Shown here: positions 24,964 through 38,086 of the stretch, piece after piece
Numbering within the stretch: position 1 is the first letter of the stretch
Layout: every line of letters starts with the position of its first letter
Assembly (NCBI RefSeq): GCF_006345805.1
Contig: NC_043020.1
Location: 26,536,001 to 26,600,000, forward strand
DNA length: 64,000 nt
From: Octopus sinensis
Lineage: Eukaryota
Direction of reading: 5' to 3'
Made by a program: the position numbers and the translations under genes
The notes under the pieces: model-generated
The model's database searches: none
Seen by the model: the letters and a program-made list of their open reading frames with translations, nothing else
What the model was told of the DNA's origin: nothing

Positions 24964-25659
24964 ATTTTATTTTTTTTTGGCTTTTGAAGCTGTAGTGATG
25001 CTATGGTGTAATACACAAGTGCTCAACTATGGGTGCATTGCAGCTTGTAGCAAACCAGGCAACCACTTAGAAGTTCTAGGTTACTTGACAATCTCTGCAT
25101 CTGTTTTAGTTTATGACTATTTACTCTTTGAATGTGGTTAGTCTTGCTGTTGTGTGTGTGTGTGTATAGGTATGTGCTACAAATATTTGTGTCAATCAAT
25201 CTCTCTCTCTATATATATATATATGCCTATCTATCCATCCATCCGCTATCTATCTATCTATCTATCCATCTATCTGTCTGTATATATATATTATGTATAC
25301 ATACATGCACATGTGTTTAAATATATGCATGTGTATATACGTATGTAGACATGAGTGTATATACATATATGTGCGTGTGTGTGTGTGCATATGTCAGTAT
25401 GTATGTATATATATACATACAAAGGGTGTTGACACATGAATACCTACCCATATTATATATATATATATATATTCCGTGTATATTTAAACACACCCATGTC
25501 CTTTTAAACATGCTTAAAATACATATGAACATAAGTATGTTTAAACACATAATTTGATGTGTATATGAGTAGTATAAATTATATATACACACATGCATAT
25601 AATTTCTGGAACCTAGTTTTATACATACCGTGTTATTTCTACTACACAAACACACACAC

Positions 25660-25695
<36 letters not shown>

Positions 25696-25989
25696 AGTGT
25701 AAACACACAGGCATATGCTTATATACACCCACTTGATGCTGAGGTTGATGGCGGATAATTGTGGGTTATATTGATTAACAAATTCTGGCTTAATTGTTTG
25801 ATAATTTGGAGTATTTTTGGTGGTGATGGGCGGTGGTCATGGTGATGGGCGGTGGTCGTGGTGTGTATATATGTGTTTGCATACACGTGCTTGTGTTTTT
25901 GTGTATATGTATACTTGGGTGGTGTGTGTGTGTGTGTGTGTTCACATACTCATGCGTGTGTGTGTTTGTGTACATGTTTGTTTGTGTTC

Positions 25990-28490
25990 AAATACACTTG
26001 TGTTTGTGTGTGTATAAATATGTATATATATATATATATATTGGTGTATGTGTGTGTATAAATATGTATAATATATATGTGTGTATGTGTGTGTATAATA
26101 TGTATATATATATTGTGTGTTGGGTATAATATGTAAATATATATATATGTGTGTATGTGTGTGTATAAATATGTATATATATGTGTGTGTGTGTATAAAT
26201 ATGTATATATATATATGTGTGTATGTGTGTGTATAAATATGTATATATATATGTGTGTGTGTGTATAAATATGTATATATATATATATGTGTGTGTATGT
26301 GTGTGTATAAATATGTATATATATATGTGTGTGTGTGTATAAATATGTATATATATATATGTGTGTATGTGTGTGTATAAATATGTATATATATATGTGT
26401 GTGTGTGTATAATATGTATATATATGTGTGTGTATGTGTGTGTATAAATATGTATATATATATGTGTGTGTGTGTATAAATATGTATATATATATATATG
26501 TGTGTATGTGTGTGTATAAATATGTATATATATATGTGTGTGTGTGTATAAATATGTATATATATATGTGTGTGTGTGTATGTGCGTGTATAAATATGTA
26601 TATATATGTGTGTGTGTGTATAAATATGTATATATATATATGTGTGTATGTGTGTGTATAAATATGTATATATATATGTGTGTATGTGTGTGTATAAATA
26701 TGTATATATATATATATGTGTGTATGTGTGTGTATAAATATGTATATATATATATGTGTGTATGTGTGTGTATAAATATGTATATATATATGTGTATGTG
26801 TGTGTATAAATATGTATATATATATGTGTGTGTGTGTGTATAAATATGTATATATATATATGTGTGTATGTGTGTGTATAAATATGTATATATATATGTG
26901 TGTGTGTGTATAAATATGTATATATATATATATGTGTATGTGTGTGTATAAATATGTATATATATATGTGTGTGTGTGTGTATAAATATGTATATATATA
27001 TATGTGTGTGTGTATGTGCGTGTATAAATATGTATATATATGTGTGTGTGTATATAAATATGTATATATATATATATGTGTGTGTATAAATATGTATATA
27101 TGTGTGTGTGTATAAATATGTATATATGTGTGTGTATATAAATATGTATATATATATGTGTGTGTGTGTATAAATATGTATATATATATAGATGTGTGTG
27201 TGTATAAATATGTATATATATATATGTGTGTGTGTGTATAAATATGTATATATATATATGTGTGTATGTGTGTGTATAATATGTATATATATATGTGCGT
27301 GTGTGTATAAATATGTATATATATATATGTGTGTGTATGTGCGTGTATAAATATGTATTATATGTGTGTGTGTGTATAAATATGTATATATATATATGTG
27401 TGTAGTGTGTGTATAAATTGTATATATATATGTGTGTATGTGTGTGTATAAATATGTATATATATATATGTGTGTATGTGTGTGTATAAATATGTATATA
27501 TATATATGTGTGTATGTGTGTGTATAAATATGTATATATATATGTGTATGTGTGTGTATAAATATGTATATATATGTGTGTGTGTGTGTGTATAAATATG
27601 TATATATATATGTGTGTATGTGTGTGTATAAATATGTATATATATATGTGTGTGTGTGTATAAATATGTATATATATATATGTGTGTGTGTGTATAAATA
27701 TGTATATATATATATATGTGTGTATGTGTGTGTATAAATATGTATATATATGTGTGTGTGTGTGTGTATATATGTATATATATATATGTGTGTATGTGTG
27801 TGTATAAATATGTATATATATGTGTGTGTGTGTGTATAAATATGTATATATATATATATATATGTGTGTATGTGTGTGTATAAATATGTATATATATGTG
27901 TGTATGGTGTGTGAAATATGTATATATATGTGTGGTGTGTGTTGTATAAAATATGTATATATGTGTGTGTGGTGTATAAATATGTATATATATGTGTGTG
28001 TGTGTGTATAAAAATGTATATATATGTGTGTGTGTGTGTGTATAAATATGTATATATATGTGTGTGTGTGTGTATAATATGTATATATATGTGTGTGTGT
28101 GTGTGTATAATATGTATATATATGTGTGTGTGTGTGTGTATTAATATGTATATATATGTGTGTGTGTGTGTATAATATGTATATATATATATGTGTGTGT
28201 ATGTGCATGTATAATATGTTATATAGTGTGTGTGTGGTATAAATGTATTATATATATGTGTGTGTGTGTGTTATAAATATGTATATATATCTAATGTGTG
28301 TATGTGTGTGTATAAATATGTATATATATGTGTGTGTGTGTATAATATGTATATATTATATGTGTGTATGTGTGTGTATAAATATGTATATATATGTGTA
28401 TGTGTGTGTATAAAAATGTATATATATTATGTGTGTGGTGTGTATAAATATGTATATATATATATGTGTGTATGTGTGTGTATAAATATG

Positions 28491-28530
<40 letters not shown>
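25990..28530. repeat. ~2.5-kb minisatellite of ~30-40-bp units (GT)n-ATAAATATG-(TA)n
   Basis: Anchor GTATAAATATGTATA recurs dozens of times; explains the spurious 752-aa ORF. Confidence 0.95.
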
Positions 28531-28719
28531 CTTGAACTTCTATATATGTGTGTCTGTGTTCATATATACATGTGTGTGTGTGTGTTTGTGTTTACATGTG
28601 CATTTGTTGTGTGATTGCCTGTACATCTGTATATGGGCACATGTACATCTGTCTATGTGTTTGCATATGTATGTGTGCTTGTGTGTACCTAAGCTTCTCT
28701 GTGTGTGTGTGTGTGTGTG

Positions 28720-29460
28720 TGTGGTAGAAGATCAGGAGCTGAGTGTGGGCAGTAAGTAATTTTGCTCCAAGGGTGGATGCTGGCTTTCTGGTGCAAGATG
28801 ATGATGATGTGTGTGTGAGGGGGGGGTGGGTCCATGTAATTTGGGTAATTTGGGTAACCTGCGTCTGTGTGTGAGAGGGGTGTAAGTGTGTGTATATATA
28901 TATATGTATATATATATGTTTGGGTGAGAGACAGTGTGACTCTGCGTGTGTATGTGAGAGAGAAAAATCTGACCCTCTGTGTGTATGTGTGTGCATGTGT
29001 GTGTATATGTGAGAGAAAGTCAGACTCTGTGTGTGTATGTGTGATGGGCAGGGGGCGGGTCTGGAAGGTATCGTTGGATGGTATGTTGTGAGAAGGGGTC
29101 TCCACTGATGGATGGCTGGTGTTCATGGGTGGTAGTAGTGGCGGGGGGGGATGGGAAACTGTAGTCACTCCCCATCATACCCTTACCCTACCCTGCAATT
29201 GAACCAAGTTCGGCAGAATCGGTGGGGTGGGTGGGCTGATCAACTGTTTTTTTCTTTTTTTTTTTGTTTTTACTGGGAGTAGTATGATTCCAAATAAAGA
29301 AAACATTTGATAATTTGTTTGTTTTATCTTTGTTTTTTTTTGTGCTTTTGGTTTGGATTTTGGTGTATTTTTTTTTTGTCTTTCCCCACAAAACTTCTTT
29401 CATATAAGTTTATTAGCGGGAGTCTGTTGGATTACCGAGAGAGCCATAACTTCATCCTTT
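28720..29460 (+). promoter_or_regulatory. Candidate promoter/5' region (G-rich, GC box, G-quadruplex-capable tracts)
   Basis: GGGCAGGGGGCGGG at ~29046, GGCGGGGGGGGATGGG at ~29140, GGTGGGGTGGGTGGG at 29221; non-repeat CpG-containing sequence upstream of candidate ATG 29636; GTAAGT donor at 28752. Confidence 0.25.
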
Positions 29461-29509
29461 TATACATATATATATATGTATATATATATATATCTACACA
29501 CACACTAAG

Positions 29510-29557
<48 letters not shown>

Positions 29558-29635
29558 TTCTACACACACATACATACATACACATATTCATCCCTCAATA
29601 ACGGTTTATTCCTCTGATCCATTCTGCATCAAATC

Positions 29636-29659
29636 ATGATACGGCCGACATTTATAAAG
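29636..29659 (+). CDS. Candidate alternative first coding exon (MIRPTFIK)
   Basis: ATC-ATG...AAG|GTTTGG phase-0 donor at 29660 in a unique CpG-containing island; frame-compatible with phase-0 acceptor at 34159. Confidence 0.3.
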
Positions 29660-30140
29660 GTTTGGATTTATTTTCTCGTTCACTATTTTGTGATGCAAAA
29701 CATCATCATCATCATCATCATCACCATAATGTTCATGTTTCCATGCTTCCACGGGTCGGACGGAATTGGTCAAGGTATATTTTTCTATGGTCAAATTATA
29801 TGTGTTTGTGTGGCTGTGTGGTTAACAAGCTAGCTTTTGTAATCTCCGAGTTCTGGGTTCATTCTTACTGTGCTATATTACCTCGATCAAGTGTCTTCTG
29901 TTATAGCCCCGGGAAGCTATGTGGAAGCACACTGTGTTTATGTTTACCATAAATCCTCGAATATAGTCCGCACTTGAGTATAATATGCAGGGGATTTTTA
30001 GGGGGCTGTACCTCTGAAAAACCTAAACCACGTGTATGATACGCACCTCATCTCTAACTTGAGTCAAGGAGGTCTATATAATGTCTTTGGTTTGTAAAAC
30101 TGTATACAATAACGTCCTTTATTATTATTGTTTTTTTTTT

Positions 30141-30540
30141 TTTTACTTGTTTTAGTCATTTGACTGCAGCCAAGCTGGAGCACCGCCTTTAATCGAGCAA
30201 CTCGACCCCGGGACTTATTCTTTTGTAAGCCCAGTACTTATTCTATCGGTCTCTTTTGCCAAACTGCTAAGTAACGGGGACATAAACACACCAGCATCGG
30301 TTGTCAAGCAATGCTAGGGGGACAAACATAGATACACAAACACACACACACATATATATATATATATACATATATACGACGGGCTTCTTTCAGTTTCTGT
30401 CTACCAAATCCACTCACAAGGCTTTGGTCAGCCCAAGGCTATAGTAGAAGACACATGCCCAAGGTGCCACGCAGTGGGACTGAACCTGGAACCATGTGGT
30501 TGGTAAACAAGCTACTTACCACACAGCCACTCCTGCGCCT
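30141..30540 (-). mobile_element. SINE family A, full length
   Basis: Family consensus including head GGCGCAGGAGTGGCTGTGTGG. Confidence 0.9.
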
Positions 30541-30637
30541 ATATATAACATAATGCAAACGTGTAGCTTTTTTGTGCATTTTGTTTGAAGAAAATAATGA
30601 AATAACAGTAAGAGCGCTTGACCCTTTTGATACCAAC

Positions 30638-30851
30638 CTGGCTAAACACAGAGGGGACAAACAAGGACAGACAAACGAATTAAGTCGCTTACATCGACCC
30701 CTGTGCATATCAGGTACTTAATTTATTGACCCCCGAGAGGATGAAAGGCAAAGTCGACCTCGGCGGAATTTGAAACCAGGGCGTAACGATAGACGAAATA
30801 CCACTAAGCATTTCGCCCGGCGCACTAACGTTTCTGCCAGCTCGCCGCCTT
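30638..30851 (-). mobile_element. SINE family B
   Basis: Family consensus, minus strand. Confidence 0.85.
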
Positions 30852-31009
30852 CAAATGTATGTATATATAGGTGCGGGTGTGGCTGTGTGGTTCACAAGTT
30901 TGCTTCCTAATCACATGGTTCCAAGTTCAATCCCACTGTATGGCAATTTACATACATTCACATATATATTTACATACATACATTCATATATATATATATA
31001 TATATATAT

Positions 31010-31310
31010 ATCATCATCATCGTTTAACGTCCACTTTCCATGCTAGCATGGGTTGGATGGGTCGACCGGGGTCTGGGAAGCCTGGAGGCTGCACCAGGCC
31101 CAGTCTGATCTGGCAGTGTTTCTACAGCTGGATGCCCTTCCTAACACCAACCACTCCATGAGTGTAGTGGGTGCTCTTTACGTGCCACTGGCACAGGTGC
31201 CAGGCAAGGCTGGCAATGGCCACGATCGTTTGGTGTTTTTTACATGCCACCGGCACGGAGGCCAGTCAAGGTGTAGCTGGCAACGGCCACGTTTGGATGA
31301 TTCTTTTACG
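31010..31310 (-). mobile_element. SINE family C
   Basis: Family consensus. Confidence 0.85.
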
Positions 31311-31426
31311 TATATATATATATATACACACATACATGTATATCTAATCCACAAGTCATAATTAAATGCCTTCTAAAGAAAACTGTAAGGAAACCTTCTA
31401 GATTGCATTTTATATTCTGCATTGCC

Positions 31427-31459
<33 letters not shown>

Positions 31460-31789
31460 TTTGAAGTTTTTGTATTTCACACTAAGTCTGATTGATTTAT
31501 GATGGGCAGCATAATTGTGTTGTGTGTGTGTGTGTGGTTATATATGTGTGTGTATGTGTGTATGCGTGTATGTGTATATGTGTATGTGTGTATATGTGTG
31601 TGTGTGTATATGTGTGTGTATATGTATATGCGTGTATATGTGTGTATATGTGTTTGTGTATGCATGTGTGCATGTACATGTGCTTTTTATATATGTATAT
31701 ATATGTCTATATAACTATGTCACTATATTTGTATGTGTATGTATATACATATGTGCACACACGTGTGTGTGTTTGCGTATATATGTATG

Positions 31790-32335
31790 CATGTATAAAT
31801 AAACACACACACACATATATATGCATACATATATATATATATATACATGCACACACACATATATATACATATACACACGCAGACACACATATATGCACAC
31901 ATATATATACATGTACACACACACACATATATGCACACACACATATATATATATATATACATATACACACACATATATGCACACACATATATATATATAT
32001 ACATATATACACACACACACATATATGCACACATATATATACATGTACACACACACACATATATGCACACATATATATATATATATATACATATACACAC
32101 ACATATATGTACACACATATATATATATATATACATATATACACACACACACACACATATATGCACACATATATATACATGTACACACACACACATATAT
32201 GCACACATATATATATATATATACATATACACACACATATATGTACACACACATATATATATATATACATATATACACACACACACACACACATATATGC
32301 ACACATATATATACATATATAGACACGCACAGACA
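31790..32335. repeat. Minisatellite built from (CA)n/(TA)n with ATATGCACAC anchor
   Basis: Direct inspection; explains several 170-276-aa low-complexity ORFs. Confidence 0.9.
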
Positions 32336-33687
32336 CACATACCCATCAATACATAAATGGGCCTCAGTCATTCATATTTATGCATTTCATTAAAAAAAAC
32401 GACTGTGTTTGAGTTTCATCTTTTTTTTTTTTTCATATTTTATATTTTTCATATCTGCAGCAAAAAAAAAAAAAACCCCAAAAAACTCCCCCCTAAAAAA
32501 CCCCAACACACGAAAGAAGCAAACTGATAAGAAAATATATTTAAAAAAAAATGCTCGTGTGCATGTGTATGCATATGTGATGATGATGATGATGATGGTG
32601 ATGGTGATGGTGATGATGGTGATGATGATAATTAACAATGCAGGTCATGTGTCTTATTATCTGTGTTCATGAAGCCACATGCAGCTAGTTGCACTTTTAC
32701 CTATCACAGCTGCAATATGATTGCGGTTTTGTCTTATCGTTATCATCTTGGTCGGCGGTAGCGGCGTCATCGTCGTCATCATGGTTGCCACCATTTTCAT
32801 CATCATCATCATTGCCGTACATCACTACCACCATCATTAGTATTAGCGTTATCATTGACATTATCGTCATCATCTTCATCATCATCATCATCGTTAGGAT
32901 CAATTTTCTCCTGCACCTTCTCCCCATCATGATCATCGTCCCACCACCACCACCATCATCATTATCATTGCCACTACCATTGCCATTGCTACCACTCACC
33001 ACCGCCGTTGCTACCACTGTCGTCTTCATCAGTACCACCACTAACCACTACTACCACCACCACCAACAACATTACTACCACAACGACCACCACAACCATC
33101 ATCATCAGCAGCAGCAGCACTGTTACAGCCACCACCATCATCATTGTCATCATCATCATCATCAACATCATTGTATATCTGCTATCATTGTTATCGTTTT
33201 CTTTTTGTTTTTAGTTGATATTGGTTTTGTTACTGCTGCACCCCCCCCCCGCTCTTCCCTCCTTTCCAGCTTCCCCCACCCCCCACTCCTCCATCACCTT
33301 AACCTCTTTGTGTTTATTTATTGATTAATCAGTTCGCCGCATTGCTGGATGCTTTGATACAATCAATTCCTATGATAACAACAACAACAATAACAATAAC
33401 AAAAAAAACAATACATTAAAAAAATATTATATACAAAAAAAACAACCCAAAGATACAAGAACATCCATTCCCACCCCCCGGTGCCAACCTCCCTCGTATC
33501 TCATATCCAAAGCAAGAATTACTATTTGTGCTAACCCAACACATTTCCAATGGCAGCTGTAATCTTCCGATGTATGCTTCTTGTAGTGTTTGACTGGAAC
33601 GCAACAGTGCTAGATTCCATTTACCGAAATGTTAGAAATACTTTTCAATAAAAGAAGTCACATGGTACATAACATCTCTGATATTCT

Positions 33688-34095
33688 TGGCAGAATCGTT
33701 AGCATGCCGGGCGAAATGCGTAGCCGTATTTCGTCTGCTGTTACGTTGTGAGTTCGAATTCCGCCGAGGTCAACTTTGCCTTTCATCCTTTCGGGGTCGA
33801 TTAAATTAAATAAGTACCAGTTACGCTCTGGGGTCGATATAATCGACTTAATCCGTTTGTCTGTCCTTGTTTGTCCTCTCTGTGTTTAGCCCCTTATGTG
33901 TAGTAAAGAAATAGGTATTTCGTCTGCCGTTGCGTTGTGAGTTCAAATTCTGCCGACGTTGACTTTGCCTTTCATCCATTTGGGGTCGATAAATTAAGTA
34001 CCAGTTACGCACTGGGTTGATGTAATCGACTTAATCCGTTTGTCTGTCCTTGTTTGTCCCCCTCTATGTTTAGCCCCTTGTGACCAATAAAAAAA
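33688..34095 (+). mobile_element. SINE family B dimer (full plus headless unit)
   Basis: Junction AAAGAAATAGGTATTTCGTC at ~33905-33924; ends ~60 nt upstream of the exon acceptor. Confidence 0.88.
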
Positions 34096-34158
34096 AATAT
34101 ATACTACTACTACTACTGCTACTACTGTTGTTATAATTGTTTTTTTGTTTCTTTGCAG

Positions 34159-34395
34159 CACATGGTGCAAAACCAGATGACCCCAACATATCAATATGCA
34201 CAGACTGGGCTGGAAGAGTACCACCATCAAGTGGTAAGCCAGGCGCCGACAGTGTCTGCTGCCGGTGCCGCTGTTGCAGACCCCGCTGCCCAGTTTAAAG
34301 CAGAGCAAGCCACAGTGTACGCGACAGCAGCAACAGTAGTGCCGCCTCCGTCCAACGGGGGTGTCGGAGTTGTCCCTGGCGTGGAGCAGCAGACG
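34159..34395 (+). CDS. Rbfox: Internal coding exon (79 aa, phase 0-0), probable Rbfox/Fox-1 family RNA-binding protein N-terminal region
   Basis: Pyrimidine tract TTTTTTGTTTCTTTGCAG acceptor, ACG|GTAAGA donor, GC-rich coding-like sequence. HMVQ start and PPPxNG..VEQQT end recall protostome Rbfox1/A2bp1 N-termini (from memory, not aligned). Exon confidence high, gene identity moderate; no RRM in window. Confidence 0.65.
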
Positions 34396-34874
34396 GTAAG
34401 AAGTCGACCCATACATGTACGTCAGTATCTGATCTTCTTTTGTAGCATGTTTCTTGCTGAAATACTCAAATACTCTCTCTCTCCGCTTGAGAGGGTTTGG
34501 CTGGTTGCAGTGGTTTGCTGTTTCGGTTTTCAGTACTCCTTTTAAAGTTTTCTTAATCATCTTCTTCATCTTGCTTATATTGTCAAAAACAAAACCCCAA
34601 AAAAAAATTACCGAAAACAAAAAAAAAATGAGCCAAAAACGGAAAAAAAAAATTTCGATCAACTGAACTTAATCAAGTTGTCTCCCTTGCTTGGTGTTTA
34701 TTTTCTTTCCTTCTTTTATAATTTTCTTGATTTTGAACACATCTATGGGGAGTTTTTGTGTACTAATGGCTTGAATAATAATTTGTGAGTAAATCTAAGA
34801 TCTAAAAAATATCCGTGTGTCTTCCAATTGGTGTTTAAAATCTGGTCCTCCATAGACTACAGCCCTATCTATAG

Positions 34875-36504
34875 CAGTGCTTCTCAAAATGAGCAGTATC
34901 CAGTACTGCTCTCTGTGCAAATGGTTGGCAGGGGAATTTGTCTTTTATGGGTGCTGAAGACAAAAGAGCCAGTGGAAGACAATAACATGTCTGTCCAGAT
35001 TTTAGTTAAGTCTTTGATTTCTTTCAAATTTTAGCACAAAGCCAGCAAGTTTTGCGGGGAGGGGTAAGGTGATTACATTGACCCCAATGCTCAGTGAACT
35101 TAAGAAGGATGAAAAAGGCAAGATCAACTTCAACAGAATTTGAAACCAGAACATGAAGACAGATGATGCTCCCCCACTACTTCTGCTCGTGATCAGAGCA
35201 TATCGTCAGCCACTAAGGGACATGCTCAACTGGTTACGGTCAAACAACTGACTAGCAAATCTGTGGTATTGAGCAGAATATTTGCTGTAGCCCATCTTTT
35301 ATACCATCATATAATGCACCCTTTTTAAAGCCTAGCCAAGTGTTGAAAGGAATTCTTTGGGGTTTGGATAATTCACCTCTGGAAACATGGGTGGTTCTTT
35401 CAACATCCTTAAACAATCCTTATTCAAGGACCTTTTGAGCGGGAATGGCTACTCAACCAGAAGAAAATTCTAACTGGGCCCCACCTTTAAGGTCATGTGC
35501 TGTTATCTTGATAGGAGATCACAATGTTGCGCACATATGGTTGTGATGCATGTGCCTAGTGTACCCTTATCAGACGGGTAGTCATGATGGGTATACTAGG
35601 CTTTGTATATTTTACCCCAGTGTCACTTTGATGGCATGCACTGCTCTCTCACTCAATAATAATAATAATATTATTAATTATTATAATTAGTAATATTATT
35701 GTTAGTTTAAAAATAAATAAATGTGCCATTTTAAAACCTAGCCAGGCTCATTGGCTCGGTATCACATTTTCTATGGCGTATGTGTTCCCTAGCTGGACGG
35801 GACGCCAGTCCATCACAGCATTACTAATTTTTGCCAGCTGAGTGGACTGGAGCAAAGTGGAATGAAGTGTTTTGCTCAAGAACACAACGCATCGCTCGGT
35901 CCAGGAATTGAAACCACAATCTTACGATCATGATGCTGATACCCTAACCACTAATCCATGTGCCTCCTCTATTATTAGTTCATACACATACACACATGCA
36001 TACTGCCTATACTTATAGTATCTGTATATAGTATATGGTACTATGGTGAATCCTCACCCATGAGGTGTAGCAGTATTTTTTAGTGGGTACTGACGACAAA
36101 AGGGACACTACAGAGCAACATTTAAATATTAGCTTCAAAATAATTAATTAACTAACTAATAAGGATGTTGATGATCCTTTCTATTATAGGCACATGGCCT
36201 GAAAATTGGGATGGGGTTAGTTGATTACATCGACCCCAGTACACAACTGGTACTTATTTCAATGACCTCAAGAGGATGAAAGGCAACTTTTTATATGTGT
36301 ATAATAAAATTAAAGTTTAAGAAATATTTTCAAAATTTGCTGGTATTACCATACATGTAATAAAGGCAGCCACCACCTAAAGCATTCTGTGTGCCTATAC
36401 ATGGATTGTACAAACAACATGTGGTATATTTAATTTTGCTGAAAGTTTTAAAAGCATGTTTGTACAAGAAAAAAAAAAAGGGTGATAAATTTTGAGAAGC
36501 ACTG
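34875..36504. mobile_element. Old hAT-like DNA transposon remnant with nested SINEs
   Basis: Perfect 16-bp TIRs CAGTGCTTCTCAAAAT (34875) / ATTTTGAGAAGCACTG (ends 36504); flanking 8-mers ATCTATAG / GTTTATAC match 5/8. Confidence 0.6.
35720..35967 (-). mobile_element. SINE family E
   Basis: Similar to 5822-5985, with tail CCTAGCCAGGCTCAT. Confidence 0.8.
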
Positions 36505-36984
36505 GTTTATACGTGATCAATCAAAACTTTTCGATCATTTGATCTTATTGGAGTTAACTCCCTTGTTTGTATTTTTTAAAACATGAGCTGGTGGAGACTT
36601 TTTTTGTCTACTAATAAATTAATTGCTTTGAAAAATCTCAGTTGATCGAAGTTATTATTATTAAACTCACTGTATAATTAATGAGAGTCTCTTAATTCTT
36701 GTTTATATTTTGTGCAATTCTCCCACCCTCAAGCTATTTTCATTCTGCCATATTGCTTATATATCAAATAATATTATATATTTATATATATATATATATT
36801 AATTATACTATATAATATACATTTTATATATTATTATATATTACATATATAATATGTAATATTATTATATATTATTATTAATATATCAATTAGATATTAT
36901 ATATCTATTAAATATATATAATATATATATATATTACTAATAGTATTATATAATAACAACTATATATTATATATATATATAAAC

Positions 36985-37015
<31 letters not shown>

Positions 37016-37030
37016 GAAAACTATATATAT

Positions 37031-37083
<53 letters not shown>

Positions 37084-37348
37084 ACTTTCCTTTGAATAAC
37101 CTTCCTTTTTATTTAGCCAGCAAGGTTGAATTTGTGGGAAATTTTGCTGTTATTTCTAGCATGTCTGTCACTGAAATAACTAAATACTTGTCTTTTGAGA
37201 AACTTTTTTTTTCTGGTTACGGTGGTTGGTTTGTTTTCTCTTTATGTCTCCCTCTTTTTTTTTTTACTTGTTGTTCTTCTTGTTCTATTTAATGTCAGTG
37301 CTTGTCCCCTCTTTCTTTCCCTCTATTTCCTTCCATTTACGCTTTCAG

Positions 37349-37409
37349 CATTTCAACGATCCGATCCTTTTTCATGGAACGGACCCAGGGAGTTTGTCTG
37401 GTTTGGACG
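37349..37409 (+). CDS. Candidate small internal exon (HFNDPILFHGTDPGSLSGLD), phase 0->1
   Basis: Long pyrimidine tract ending TTTCAG at 37348; CpG-rich protein-like frame in phase with exon 34159-34395; donors CTG|GTTTGG (37401) or ACG|GTTGTC (37410), both weak and both phase 1. Confidence 0.4.
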
Positions 37410-37765
37410 GTTGTCATCATCATCGTCGTCGTCGTTGTTTTTGTTGTTGTTTTTGTTGCTTCTGGTGATGTCGTTGTTGTTTTAGCCCCAGGTCAGCTGT
37501 CCTTGATCCAGCAAAGACCTGTTTTGTTTTATCTCTCTACTATCTGTTTCAGTCATTGAATTACAGCCATACTGGAGCACTGCCTTGAAGGGTATTAGTC
37601 AAACAATTCAACCCCAGGACTCCTTTATTTTAAACCTAGTACTCATTCTATTAATCTCATTTGCTGAACCGCTAAGTTATGGGGACATAAACATAGAAAC
37701 ACCAGTTGTCAAAAGGTGATGGGGGGCGGCGGACAAATGCAGACCCCCCCCATATTATATATATA

Positions 37766-37887
37766 TATAAGGCAAAGAAAAAAATGGAGAAGATAATTAA
37801 CAAACATCATCCTGCAAACATTGATTGGTTTTTGCAGGCTGACGTTTATTAATTAATTATCTTTTCCATTTTCTTCTTTGCCTTATA
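37766..37887. repeat. Hairpin, ~57-bp arms, ~8-nt loop; probable inverted end of a Penelope-like insert (to ~38050)
   Basis: TATAAGGCAAAGAAAAAAATGGAGAAGATAATTAA..CCTGCAAA vs reverse complement at 37829-37887; sits in (TA)n of a split family-A SINE. Confidence 0.8.
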
Positions 37888-38052
37888 AATTCTGGGTAAA
37901 TTTTTGCTTTACCCCAACTCATACGAAGTATTTAATTACACTATTGCCTTATAACAGGGAGCATTTGGATATAAACACATAGGTATACATCCAGTAGTAT
38001 ACTGGATATTTGTTATCCCTTAGATGGTTGTTTAACCTCTAACTCATATAGA

Positions 38053-38085
<33 letters not shown>

Positions 38086-38086
<1 letters not shown>

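Larger units (their letters stand above)
24700..25060 (-). mobile_element. Penelope-like pLTR remnant: two tandem ~130-bp hammerhead units plus an inverted partial copy
   Basis: Units ~24700-24835 and ~24836-24965 share ATTAGCTT.CA..TGTT.CTGCTA.AA..TGCAATG..CAT.GTTGAGCAC...TC(A/T)TCAGAGC; 24997-25052 is reverse complement of 24899-24956. Confidence 0.7.

Noticed and set aside
25950-28208. 752-aa minus-strand ORF (H/T/Y/I-rich)
   Set aside because: Translation of a TA/TG minisatellite; no coding complexity
31492-32393. Overlapping 170-276-aa ORFs on both strands
   Set aside because: Microsatellite translations
32638-32649. ATG CAG|GTCATG as a micro first exon
   Set aside because: Weak donor and only two codons; indistinguishable from chance
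34396-34545. Extension of ORF 34153-34545 beyond the donor
   Set aside because: Composition shifts to T-rich intron-like sequence after GTAAGA; the ORF start is a TTG within the acceptor
35180-35214. Minus-strand CTGACGA-TA-TGCTC...GAGCA-GAAG hairpin
   Set aside because: GAAG instead of GAAA, no stem I or III; part of another interspersed repeat
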